Assembly: GCA_020632535.1 (NCBI GenBank)
Contig: JACKFJ010000002.1
Coordinates: 254,331-318,330 of the forward strand
Direction: 5' to 3'
DNA from: Candidatus Omnitrophota bacterium
GTDB lineage: Bacteria; Omnitrophota; Gorgyraeia; Zapsychrales; JANLHA01
DNA: 64,000 nucleotides
The position numbers and the translations under genes were made by a program. Of the stretch, positions 53,894 to 63,055 are shown one piece after another. The notes below the pieces were generated by a model. That model was not told where the DNA came from and did not search any database. It saw only the letters and a list, made by a program, of their open reading frames with translations. Position 1 is the first letter of the stretch. Each line of letters starts with the position of its first letter.

Positions 53894-54189
53894 TTCATTT
53901 CCTTTAATTCATCTGCCTGAATTGTATTCAAACGGCGGTACATTAAAACGATAATTGCCAACCCGACTGCAACTTCTGCGGCGGCAACAAGAATGACAAA
54001 AAAGACGATCAATTGACCGGTATAATCACCGTTAAAGCGGGAGAAAGCAACAAAAGAAATATTAGATGCAGCAAGTAGAAGTTCAAGCGATAGGAGAACT
54101 TTCAAAACATTGCGACTGGTTATAATGCCAAAGACACCGACGGAAAAGACAATGGCGCTAAGCGCAAGATAATGTCCTAGGCCGATCAT
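53887..54189 (-). CDS. nuoK: NADH-quinone oxidoreductase subunit K
   Basis: 100 aa, three TM helices, LSLELLLAASN, AAAEVAVGLAI. Confidence 0.9.
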   Translation of the reverse strand: MIGLGHYLALSAIVFSVGVFGIITSRNVLKVLLSLELLLAASNISFVAFSRFNGDYTGQLIVFFVILVAAAEVAVGLAIIVLMYRRLNTIQADELKEMKW

Positions 54190-54713
54190 GTTGTCGACTC
54201 CTCTTTACCGAAGTATAGTGCGCCTTTGGCTAGAGACACAATCCCGAAAATTGCGATCAGAAGAAGAAGCGACGTTAACTCGAAAGGAAGGAGATATTCG
54301 GTAAAAAGAATTTTACCGATGATTTCGATAGTGCCGCGAATTGAAGACTGTTCCAAGTTTTGTGCGGCGATGAAGCTTTTTAATGCCAAGAAGAGTCCAG
54401 CCAAGAACATAAACGCGGCTAATCCTCCCCAAAGGCGAAAACGGTTTTGTTTGGCGGTGATGAGGCTTGGAGTATTGAGATTCAGGCACATGACTACAAA
54501 GAGAAAAAAGACCAAGACGGCCCCCGCGTATACTAAGAGAAGAACCATTCCAACAAAATATGCTTCTAAGAGCATAAAGAGTGTAGAAAGGCAAAAGATT
54601 ACGACGACTAAAGCTAGGACATTATAGAGAGGATTGCGCGCAAGAACTACGAACAAGCTAGCTAAAACAAGGACCGCGGCGCAAAGATAAAAGAAAAATG
54701 GTATCAATGTCAT
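54186..54713 (-). CDS. nuoJ: NADH-quinone oxidoreductase subunit J
   Basis: 175 aa, five TM helices, VLARNPLYNVLALV, VYAGAVLVFFLFVVM. Confidence 0.88.
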   Translation of the reverse strand: MTLIPFFFYLCAAVLVLASLFVVLARNPLYNVLALVVVIFCLSTLFMLLEAYFVGMVLLLVYAGAVLVFFLFVVMCLNLNTPSLITAKQNRFRLWGGLAAFMFLAGLFLALKSFIAAQNLEQSSIRGTIEIIGKILFTEYLLPFELTSLLLLIAIFGIVSLAKGALYFGKEESTT

Positions 54714-54857
54714 TTTAAAAATATTCTTTAAATTTGTTGAGGTGTGTGTTTTCTATAAGTAATATGATTTAAAGCTGATTTTTTAAAACACGATATAGTA
54801 GCATTGAGACATCCGAGTTGCAAGCGGTTCTTCGTTCTTCCGAAATTTATGAATATT

Positions 54858-54887
54858 TTGCCTATAATTAAGAAACTTTTATATAAT
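54858..54887 (+). promoter_or_regulatory. candidate promoter of the pnt-envelope operon
   Basis: TTGCCT (54858-54863), 17-18 nt spacer, TATAAT (54882-54887). AGGAGGA precedes the ATG at 54923. Confidence 0.4.
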
Positions 54888-54922
54888 GACTTGTTTCATC
54901 TAATACATACAGGAGGAAATTA

Positions 54923-55207
54923 ATGGATTTTATTTATTTGTTGTTTATTTTAGCTTTATCTATTTTCTTAGGATTTGTCATTATTTCCCGTGTCCCGCCA
55001 TTGCTTCATACGCCTTTGATGTCGGAAGCGAATGCCATTTCCGGAATCACTGTTATCGGCGCGGTGATCGCGGCTGGTTCAGAGATTGGTAGTCCATTTA
55101 CGATTATTCTTGCCACGACATCGGTAGCTTTGGCAACATACAATGTTGTCGGTGGCTACTTGATTACTGAAAAAATGTTAAAGATGTTTAAGAAGAAGGG
55201 ACAATAA
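54923..55207 (+). CDS. pntA: NAD(P) transhydrogenase subunit alpha part 2 (membrane part)
   Basis: 94 aa, three TM helices, VPPLLHTPLMSEANAISGITVIGA. Confidence 0.88.
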   Translation: MDFIYLLFILALSIFLGFVIISRVPPLLHTPLMSEANAISGITVIGAVIAAGSEIGSPFTIILATTSVALATYNVVGGYLITEKMLKMFKKKGQ

Positions 55208-55210
55208 GAA

Positions 55211-56596
55211 ATGAACATGGAAATATTTATTAATTTTACATATATCATCAGTTGCATGTTGTTCGCTTTTGGTCTGAAAATGCTTGGTTCACCAGTCACG
55301 GCTCGCAAGGGAAATTTTATTTCGATGAGTGGTATGCTTTTGGCTGTTGTTGTCACTCTTCTTAGCAATCATATTATTACCTTTCAATGGATCATCTTGG
55401 GCATGGTCATTGGCGCGTCCGCGGGGGCTTTTACAGCGTATCGCGCGGCTATGACGCAAATGCCGGAAACGATTGCGCTTTTGCACGGGTTTGGCGGTTT
55501 GGCGAGCTTGCTTGTTGATTGGTCCGCGTACCATAATCATCCGACGGCAAATTTGATGATTTCGATTCCAACATTTTTGTCTGTTGTTATTGGCGGTGTG
55601 ACTTTTACTGGCAGTTGTGTGGCATGGGGAAAATTGAGTGAGCGCTTACCGGGTAAATCGATTAAATTCCCGGGGATGCAATTTGTAAATATCGCGATAT
55701 TGATTTCATTGGTGGTTGGTGGGTTTATTTTTATCAGCGACCCTATTAATAATTATCCGATCTTTTTGGCGATTATGGCGGTGTCGTTTATTTTTGGTAT
55801 TTTTCTTGTGATTCCGATCGGCGGTGCGGATATGCCTGTGGTCATTTCGGTTTTGAATAGTTATTCCGGACTTGTCGCGTGTACAACAGGTTTTGTTATT
55901 AATAATACGGTATTAATTGTCGTAGGAGCTTTGGTCGGCGCCAACGGTATTATTTTAAGTATTATTATGTGTAAGGCCATGAATCGGTCATTAACAAATG
56001 TTCTTTTTGGTGGGTTTGCTCCGACAGTGAAGGCGAAATCTGATGGCGAGAAAAAAGAAGCCAAATCGATGTCGCTTGAAGACGCGTATTTGGTTTTGGA
56101 AGCGGCAAAGTCTGTTGTCATCGTTCCGGGTTATGGTTTGGCTGTTGCCCAAGCTCAGCATGCGGTACGAGAGTTGAGTGAGCTTTTGGAAAAGAATGGT
56201 TGTGAGGTGCGTTTTGCTATTCATCCTGTCGCTGGACGTATGCCCGGCCATATGAATGTGCTTTTGGCGGAATCGAATATTCCATATGATCAATTGGTGG
56301 AAATGGAAGCAATCAATCCAACTTTTGATACAGTTGATGTGGCGATTGTTATTGGAGCCAATGACGTTGTTAATCCTGCCGCTCGTCATGATAAGGCGAG
56401 TCCAATTTATGGCATGCCGATTATTGATGTCGATAAAGCCAGAACGGTTTTTGTTTTGAAACGTTCAATGGCGACGGGTTTTGCCGGTGTTGAAAATGAA
56501 CTTTTTTATTATGAAAATACTTCCATGATTTTCGGTGATGCTAAGCAAACGCTGCAGGGTCTCATTGCTGAGTTTAAGGCATCCGCGGCGGCATAA
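55211..56596 (+). CDS. pntB: NAD(P) transhydrogenase subunit beta
   Basis: FAFGLKMLGSPVTARKGN; C-terminal dIII domain (VPGYGLAVAQAQH...HPVAGRMPGHMNVLLAE...GANDVVNP). Confidence 0.92.
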   Translation: MNMEIFINFTYIISCMLFAFGLKMLGSPVTARKGNFISMSGMLLAVVVTLLSNHIITFQWIILGMVIGASAGAFTAYRAAMTQMPETIALLHGFGGLASLLVDWSAYHNHPTANLMISIPTFLSVVIGGVTFTGSCVAWGKLSERLPGKSIKFPGMQFVNIAILISLVVGGFIFISDPINNYPIFLAIMAVSFIFGIFLVIPIGGADMPVVISVLNSYSGLVACTTGFVINNTVLIVVGALVGANGIILSIIMCKAMNRSLTNVLFGGFAPTVKAKSDGEKKEAKSMSLEDAYLVLEAAKSVVIVPGYGLAVAQAQHAVRELSELLEKNGCEVRFAIHPVAGRMPGHMNVLLAESNIPYDQLVEMEAINPTFDTVDVAIVIGANDVVNPAARHDKASPIYGMPIIDVDKARTVFVLKRSMATGFAGVENELFYYENTSMIFGDAKQTLQGLIAEFKASAAA

Positions 56597-56686
56597 GATT
56601 CTGAAGTTTTGGAAGCACAATTTAATTCTGCCCTTTCTAGGTGAGATTTAAAGTTTAGTAGAAAGTGCTGTTGAGGATGACGAGAA

Positions 56687-57226
56687 ATGAATTTTGTTCG
56701 TGTCATCATGTTTGTTTGTTTTGCTTTAACGGTAAGTCCGGCTTTTGCGGATTGGATCATTGACAGCCTGCCTGCGCCCAACGCCTCGAATGCAAAAATG
56801 AATGGGAAGTTTGGCGCCCAATTGATTCTTGTCGACGATGTCGACACGCTTTTTAAAGCGTGGGATCGTCCGGAATCTGGTTTAAAAATTCGCGACATTG
56901 ATACGATTGAGCGCGATAAGCGTCTAAGCAGTTTTATTATTTTCTCGGGGAGTAAGCCGGATCGTAAAGGCAATGGAAATGTTACGGCCAAATATTACCT
57001 GCTTAATTCAAAGGGAAAAATTGTCGCGAAAACAAAATCTTTGGAAGTATGGCGCAATAAATTGGTTCCCAAGGACATGTATTTGGAATTAAGTTCGGAA
57101 TATATGGCGATCAAGCTGACGGACAATTTTGTCCCGGGAGTTTATACTGTCAGGGCAATTGTATATGATACCAATGCGCGTTTAAAAATTGTTTTGGAAA
57201 AGCAATTTACGCTGACTGAGAAATAA
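56687..57226 (+). CDS. secreted hypothetical protein (179 aa)
   Basis: Signal peptide ...SPAFA-DW. No recognisable domain; beta-rich pattern. Confidence 0.5.
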   Translation: MNFVRVIMFVCFALTVSPAFADWIIDSLPAPNASNAKMNGKFGAQLILVDDVDTLFKAWDRPESGLKIRDIDTIERDKRLSSFIIFSGSKPDRKGNGNVTAKYYLLNSKGKIVAKTKSLEVWRNKLVPKDMYLELSSEYMAIKLTDNFVPGVYTVRAIVYDTNARLKIVLEKQFTLTEK

Positions 57227-57241
57227 GCACAGGAGGAACAC

Positions 57242-57949
57242 ATGAGCCTAAAAATTGTGCAATCGACATGCGTGGCATTGATCTTTATTTTAGTAATTTT
57301 TTGTCTTAGCGTGGCTTTGACTCCAGCGATTTTTATTATTTTAAAAATATTCAACCTGACGATGACATGGCCGCTTTGGCATCGCAGCCTGATTTTGGCT
57401 TTTGGGAGCGCGGTCGCGTTTTGTGTTTTTGGGGTAGTTCTTTTTTTTACAGTTGGTTTGTTAAATCGGGTATTAGGTTTGCGATTGGCGGAAGGAAATT
57501 TTCGCTATAGTGACAGCAATGCGATCAAATGGTATTTTCATAATGCCCTGCTTTTATTAGTCAGGGCTTTTTTTATTGATTTTATGCTTTTGACTCCATC
57601 GGCAAATGTGTTTTACACCTTAATGGGTGCGAAATTAGGAAACAACGTTCACATCAATTCTCGGCTGGTCGCCGATATTTCTCTTATTGAAATCGGCAAT
57701 AATACCATTATCGGTGGTAATGCTACTGTGATTGCGCATGTGTTTGAGGATTTTTCGTTGAAACTTAAAAAAGTCAAAATCGGTTCCGATGTGACAATTG
57801 GTCTTAATAGTGTCATTATGCCGGGGTGTGTTATTGGTGACGGTGCGGTAATTGCCGCCGGCGCAGTTCTTGTTAAAGACACTATTGTTGAGCCAAATGA
57901 TATTTTTGTCGGCATTCCCGCAGAATCGCTACGGAAGAAAAATACCTGA
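57242..57949 (+). CDS. membrane-anchored hexapeptide-repeat (LbH) acyltransferase
   Basis: N-terminal half has 3-4 hydrophobic helices. C-terminal IGNNTIIGGNATVIAHV...IGSDVTIGLNSVIMPGCVIGDGAVIAAGAVLVKDT. Confidence 0.7.
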   Translation: MSLKIVQSTCVALIFILVIFCLSVALTPAIFIILKIFNLTMTWPLWHRSLILAFGSAVAFCVFGVVLFFTVGLLNRVLGLRLAEGNFRYSDSNAIKWYFHNALLLLVRAFFIDFMLLTPSANVFYTLMGAKLGNNVHINSRLVADISLIEIGNNTIIGGNATVIAHVFEDFSLKLKKVKIGSDVTIGLNSVIMPGCVIGDGAVIAAGAVLVKDTIVEPNDIFVGIPAESLRKKNT

Positions 57950-57963
57950 AATCCCGAATAATT

Positions 57964-58956
57964 GTGAAAACCGCTAAAAGTATCTTGATAATTGTGGCCT
58001 GTGTGTTTGGTCATGTCTTACTATTGCTGCCAGTTGGGCACGCGAGTATGGATGATGCCGACAAGCAATATAATAATCTGTTGATGAATTATTATCAGGA
58101 TCCGCAGCCGCAAAAGATTCCAGCGGCACTTGAGTATTTTGCGGCTTCGGAATTTGTTAAAACACAATCTACGGAAACTGTTGGTGTGGTAGCTTATACG
58201 TTTGGTCGCATAGCCCAACTTGATTCTAAGCTAATTCCGGAATACATTAAGGTTTTTAAAAGAACGACATCGGAAGGACGCAAATTTATTCTCATGGTTT
58301 TTCAAATATGCGGCAATCAACAGGTTGCGGATTTTTTACGGGAAAAATTAATCGATCAGAATTATAAGAACGAGCGAGATGAAATCATTGATGTCTTAAG
58401 CAAAGAATTGCCGGTTTCATTTGACCCATTGCTCAATGACATCGAGAATAATGATGATTTGGATTTTCTTTGGGCAGAGTTTTTTGTGACAGGAAAACAA
58501 GAGCCGATTAATAAAATCATTAAAGTTTTGGATTGGGATGACATCTTTCGTCTGCGGCTTGCTAGCTGGATGTCGGTCAAACATTCAGCTAAGGATATCG
58601 TACGGTTAAGTGTGTTGCTCAATGATAAGGCACATATTGATGTCGATGTAAGAAGGGGGAAAATTAAATACGAAGGCGACTTAGACGTGCTGTATTCATC
58701 GTTTGTCAACAGTTCCTCCATTGGAAAGGGTTTGGCGAGAGATGCAATTAATATTCGTCTGATGTTGGGCTTGTCGGAGGATGAAATGCGGTATATTTCG
58801 ACTAAAGGCGCGGCGATGTGGTCTTTGCAAATAAACAGTCAAAAGCATCCGCGAGTACTAGAATTTTGTCGACTCGCGATGGCAACAAGCAGTGTTAAAG
58901 TCGAAAATGAACTTAAACGTATTCAATCTTTGGCATTAGAAAATCATGAAAATTAA
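57964..58956 (+). CDS. secreted hypothetical protein (330 aa, GTG start)
   Basis: Signal peptide ...VGHA-SMDD; helical-repeat-like composition; no recognisable motif. Confidence 0.5.
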   Translation: MKTAKSILIIVACVFGHVLLLLPVGHASMDDADKQYNNLLMNYYQDPQPQKIPAALEYFAASEFVKTQSTETVGVVAYTFGRIAQLDSKLIPEYIKVFKRTTSEGRKFILMVFQICGNQQVADFLREKLIDQNYKNERDEIIDVLSKELPVSFDPLLNDIENNDDLDFLWAEFFVTGKQEPINKIIKVLDWDDIFRLRLASWMSVKHSAKDIVRLSVLLNDKAHIDVDVRRGKIKYEGDLDVLYSSFVNSSSIGKGLARDAINIRLMLGLSEDEMRYISTKGAAMWSLQINSQKHPRVLEFCRLAMATSSVKVENELKRIQSLALENHEN

Positions 58957-59524
58957 AACAATAATTTTTCTGGTATTTTTCTGCGGCTTGACTCTTTCGG
59001 TTTTGGCTGATCAGGCTGTGAGAGAAATCTTGATTTCTGGGCTACGCTTGTCAACCGATCCACTACACGTTGATCCGGATCCGCAATCGAGTCCTTATTT
59101 ATTGACCCGTGTTGCGGGTTTTAAAGTTTCGGAATATGGCGCGCGGTATTTTTGTGTGTGGGATATTATAAAAGAACGGGATAAGACAATTTATGTCCGG
59201 ATTGAATTGGAAAATGCTTTTAATAAGAGTAAACCGATCATTCAGGATGGGATTATTGGAATGAACGCACAATCCTTGAATGTTGTTTTTGGTCCTATTC
59301 CGGGTATTAAAATGCATCAAATGTATCAGGTCAAGGTTACGTTGTATAATGATGAAGCCAGAATACAAGAGATTGATCAATTGACGCAGGATATTAAATC
59401 TTATGTGGATACACAGGACAAAGATGTTAAGGTTGACCAAAGTTTAACCACTAATACTGGGGAGAATATTGGGGTTGTCCTCAAAAACCTTAATAAGCCT
59501 GAACCTCCGCCGATCATCAAATAA
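58946..59524 (+). CDS. secreted hypothetical protein (192 aa)
   Basis: Signal peptide ...SVLA-DQ; Pro-rich C-terminus KPEPPPIIK; 11-nt overlap with the upstream gene. Confidence 0.5.
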   Translation: MKIKTIIFLVFFCGLTLSVLADQAVREILISGLRLSTDPLHVDPDPQSSPYLLTRVAGFKVSEYGARYFCVWDIIKERDKTIYVRIELENAFNKSKPIIQDGIIGMNAQSLNVVFGPIPGIKMHQMYQVKVTLYNDEARIQEIDQLTQDIKSYVDTQDKDVKVDQSLTTNTGENIGVVLKNLNKPEPPPIIK

Positions 59525-59526
59525 AA

Positions 59527-60993
59527 ATGGAAATAGCCTCAATATTAATTTTGTTGTTTGAAGCTTATCTGATTTTTACTGTCATTGTCTTACTCTTAGA
59601 CAATCGTACTCCATCGGAAACATTCGCATGGATTTTTATTTTTGTTCTGATGCCGGGGTTTGGTTTTTTTCTTTATTTTATATTCGGCCGGAATTGGAAA
59701 GGCAGCTACGATTATAAAATAAAATTGCCGCAGGTAATTTCTAGAGAGCTCATTGAATTATTTAAGCCTCTTATTGCTCAGCAAGTTGAGGCTCTTGTTC
59801 GGATGAAAAATAAAGCATCCATTTATCAAGATGATTTGATAGCGTTGCTTTATCAAAGTTCCAATTCACTTTTAACTCTTGATAATAAAATCGATATTTT
59901 CCACAACGGAAAAGACAAATTTGCTCGTCTTAAAGAAGATTTGCGGAATGCCAAAGTGTATATTCATCTTGAATATTTTATTTGGTACTCGAATGATCAA
60001 CTTGGACAAGAGTTGAAGGAAATATTGATTGCCAAAGCCAAGGAGGGTGTGGAGATTCGTATCCTCTATGATTATTCAGGATGTTTGTTTACTCTGCGAC
60101 AGAAATATATTAACGAATTACGGGCGCACAAGATTCAAATTTACCCATTTTTTAACTACTTGTCTAATTTTAAAATGCACACTCTCAATTATCGCAATCA
60201 TCGCAAGATTGTGTCTATCGATGGAAAAATTGCCTATACCGGTGGAATGAATGTGGGACAGGAGTATATTGATGGCGGTAAAAGATATGAATCGTGGCGT
60301 GATACGCATATTCGGCTTGAAGGACAAAGCGTTAGTGTATTGCAGGCAATATTCGCGATTGATTGGTACAATACCGTTGGAACATCTGATATTCTTGATT
60401 CAAAATATTATCCTTTGCTTTTGGAGAAGAAATTATCAGATGGTAATTTGTCTGTGCAATTGACAACATCAGGGTTTGATTCACCTTGGCCATCGATTTT
60501 GCAGTTGTATTTCACGCTGATTACCATGGCGCAGAAAAACATTTATATTGTCTCGCCGTATTTTATTCCCGATGAAAGTTTATTGATGGCATTAAAGACC
60601 GCGGCGATGCGTGGCATAAAAGTTGTTATTTTAATGACGGGAGTGCCAGATAATCCTGTGCCGTATTGGGCCGCGTTTTCATATTTTGAAGATCTTCTTA
60701 AGGCGGGAGTCAGGATATTTCAATATGAAAAGGGATTTATGCACGCTAAGATTTATTCCAGTGATGGCAAGGTTTGCTCTATCGGTTCAGCCAATTTTGA
60801 TATTCGCAGCTTACGATTGAACTATGAAGTTAATGCGGTGATTTATGATGAAGCTATTACTCAAGACATCGATGCGCAAATTAGTGACGATCTTAAGCAT
60901 TGCAGAGAAGTGATTTTGGCAGATTTGAACCAATCTTCGGTTCTCATCAGGTTGAGAAATTCTGTTGTTCGCCTTATTTCTTCCATACTATAA
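59527..60993 (+). CDS. cls: cardiolipin synthase (PLD superfamily, two HKD motifs)
   Basis: Two N-terminal TM helices, HRKIVSIDGKIAYTGGMN and HAKIYSSDGKVCSIGSANFD. Starts 2 nt after the upstream stop. Confidence 0.88.
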   Translation: MEIASILILLFEAYLIFTVIVLLLDNRTPSETFAWIFIFVLMPGFGFFLYFIFGRNWKGSYDYKIKLPQVISRELIELFKPLIAQQVEALVRMKNKASIYQDDLIALLYQSSNSLLTLDNKIDIFHNGKDKFARLKEDLRNAKVYIHLEYFIWYSNDQLGQELKEILIAKAKEGVEIRILYDYSGCLFTLRQKYINELRAHKIQIYPFFNYLSNFKMHTLNYRNHRKIVSIDGKIAYTGGMNVGQEYIDGGKRYESWRDTHIRLEGQSVSVLQAIFAIDWYNTVGTSDILDSKYYPLLLEKKLSDGNLSVQLTTSGFDSPWPSILQLYFTLITMAQKNIYIVSPYFIPDESLLMALKTAAMRGIKVVILMTGVPDNPVPYWAAFSYFEDLLKAGVRIFQYEKGFMHAKIYSSDGKVCSIGSANFDIRSLRLNYEVNAVIYDEAITQDIDAQISDDLKHCREVILADLNQSSVLIRLRNSVVRLISSIL

Positions 60994-61030
60994 ATTCATT
61001 ATTTTATTTTGATGATAACTATAGCTTTGA

Positions 61031-61309
61031 TTATCCGCGCGCGGCGTGTGGATCATTGAGTGGATGCTTGCGGGAATCATGGAAGGGGTCAGGCATTTTA
61101 ATTTTCTTAAAAATTTTATAAGCGTGTAAATAGGCAATTAATAAGCATGTGGCGAACATCAAAATGACTGAGGCAACAAGAATCCATGCTTTGGTAAACC
61201 ATGTTGTGCGAACTTCGCGATCTTTAATGATTTCGACGCGTACACGATTGTTGGTGGTGTTGACGCGTTCGACGACGGGGACAGGATTAAGAGTGGTAGT
61301 ATTTTCCAT
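61031..61309 (-). CDS. single-TM hypothetical protein (92 aa)
   Basis: Central hydrophobic helix WILVASVILMFATCLLIAYL. Starts 2 nt after the radical SAM stop on the same strand. Confidence 0.45.
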   Translation of the reverse strand: MENTTTLNPVPVVERVNTTNNRVRVEIIKDREVRTTWFTKAWILVASVILMFATCLLIAYLHAYKIFKKIKMPDPFHDSRKHPLNDPHAARG

Positions 61310-61311
61310 AA

Positions 61312-62859
61312 TTAATTGATAGTAAAGTCGCTTTTATAAAAAAGTTCGTGGCGTAAATGTCGAACAAGTTGAAGGTCCGGAGCAAAGTTATACATTTTAT
61401 TATTTAACTTTTGCGTATAGTAATAACTCACGGGTTTGGAAAGTCGTGTCGCGACATAGCGCAACGGGCGATTTTTTAAACTCCCCATAACATTTTCAAG
61501 CGCGTTCGCTAAAATACTCATGTAAGAAATGTTTCCGAGCTTCACGCGTCCATTGACATCAAACCATGGGTTGCGACGCCCTTCTAAGTCGTAATCATCA
61601 AAAATCCAATCGCCCCACTCTTCCAGTGACTTTGGTGGCACCAGACCGTTTTTTAATGATAAGCGAAAATCTGGTGTTCCCGGAAGGGGTGTAAAAATAG
61701 CCATGGTTTCAAGTTGCGCCTGCGGATTATCTTTTTTAATTCTAAAGCCAAGATCAATGGTCTGATTAATTTCCGCAAATGTTTCTGTTGGATAGCCGAT
61801 CATTAAACCAAATACTGGCGTGATGCCAAACTTTTTACAGCGTTCATTGGCATCGAGTGTTTGTTGTACAACGATGCCTTTGGTCATTAAGTCAAGGATG
61901 CGTTGCGAACCGGACTCTGCGCCAAATTTAAGCGTATGCGCGCCGGATTTTTTGAGTACATCGATATCGCTGTCAGAAGCTTTCATAAAAACATCGGCGC
62001 GCGTTCCTGATGTATAAAAATTCAGATTAAATTCACGATCGATAAATCCTTGGCAAATATCTGTTGCTCGTTTGCGATTAATATAAAACTCATCGTCGCG
62101 TAACCAGATTCCATCAAGCTTGAAGCGTTGGATTTCATCTTGAATGCGATCCAAGGTTTTGTTGACTGAAACCGCGCGCCATTTTCTTTCACGGATGGAA
62201 GCGCTGGAACAGAAGCCGCAATTAAAGGGGCAACCGCGGCTGGTTTGGCCGACATCCAAAACGCGTGTCCGAGAATTAACATACATGTCACGATGAATAT
62301 ATTTTTCGACATCAATAAGATTCCACGGTGTTGGAAGAAGATTTTCAACATCAAGAAGAGAGCGACAGTCGGTTTTAAAAACTGTTGGGCCATCTTTAAA
62401 CATGATCCCTTTAACAGTTTTAAGGCTTCTTTTGTGAGCTAGAGCTTCAACAAGTTCTACAAACGTTTCATCACCTTCACCGATTGCGACAATATCGACA
62501 TTTTCGTGTTCAAGAGTTTGTTCGGCTGCAACTGATGGGTGACATCCACCCCAGACGAGCGGGACTTTGTTGCCGACGATATCACGAACCATTTGTGCTA
62601 ATTTGAGCGCATAATGAATTTGTGTTCCCGTCATCGAAGAAATGCCCACACAAATCGTATCTGTGGACAAATAGTTTTGCATGATTTCTTTGGTGATGGG
62701 CTCAACTCTTTGATCAAGAATTTTGACAGTATAGCCGGCTTTTACAACTGGTGCCGCAATTGTTAGAAGGGCGTGTGGAGGAGCGATGGTAGAGCCGAAA
62801 TCCATACCCGTTTTGGGATAGAGAAGCAAAACGCTTGGTTTTTCACTTTGCATGATCAT
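61312..62859 (-). CDS. B12-binding-domain radical SAM protein
   Basis: N-terminal cobalamin-binding-like Rossmann fold (VLLLYPK...VGISSMTG...VWGGCHPS...IGEGDETF), then [11 protein letters not shown] (CxxxCxxC). Confidence 0.8.
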   Translation of the reverse strand: MIMQSEKPSVLLLYPKTGMDFGSTIAPPHALLTIAAPVVKAGYTVKILDQRVEPITKEIMQNYLSTDTICVGISSMTGTQIHYALKLAQMVRDIVGNKVPLVWGGCHPSVAAEQTLEHENVDIVAIGEGDETFVELVEALAHKRSLKTVKGIMFKDGPTVFKTDCRSLLDVENLLPTPWNLIDVEKYIHRDMYVNSRTRVLDVGQTSRGCPFNCGFCSSASIRERKWRAVSVNKTLDRIQDEIQRFKLDGIWLRDDEFYINRKRATDICQGFIDREFNLNFYTSGTRADVFMKASDSDIDVLKKSGAHTLKFGAESGSQRILDLMTKGIVVQQTLDANERCKKFGITPVFGLMIGYPTETFAEINQTIDLGFRIKKDNPQAQLETMAIFTPLPGTPDFRLSLKNGLVPPKSLEEWGDWIFDDYDLEGRRNPWFDVNGRVKLGNISYMSILANALENVMGSLKNRPLRYVATRLSKPVSYYYTQKLNNKMYNFAPDLQLVRHLRHELFYKSDFTIN

Positions 62860-62974
62860 GCAAAAACTCTCACAGTATGATTAGGCATGTTAATAGGTAA
62901 TTTGCTTGTCAAAGTGTTTTTATTATAACAAAGAAAGATTTTAAAGAAACCATTATTTATTATTTGAGTGCGAC

Positions 62975-63003
62975 TTGACTTGTTTGTGTGGGAGTGGATA
63001 ATA
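62975..63003 (+). promoter_or_regulatory. candidate promoter of the YfhO-like gene
   Basis: TTGACT (62975-62980), 16-nt spacer, GATAAT (62997-63002). Confidence 0.45.
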
Positions 63004-63055
63004 GCACTATCTTAGGGTTTATTCTGACGTACATCTGAACAATGGTTCTTACACA

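Noticed and set aside
59527-60993. PLD/HKD protein as a possible defence nuclease
   Set aside because: Two N-terminal TM helices, two full HKD motifs and a length of 488 aa fit ClsA-type cardiolipin synthase, not Nuc/BfiI-like nucleases.
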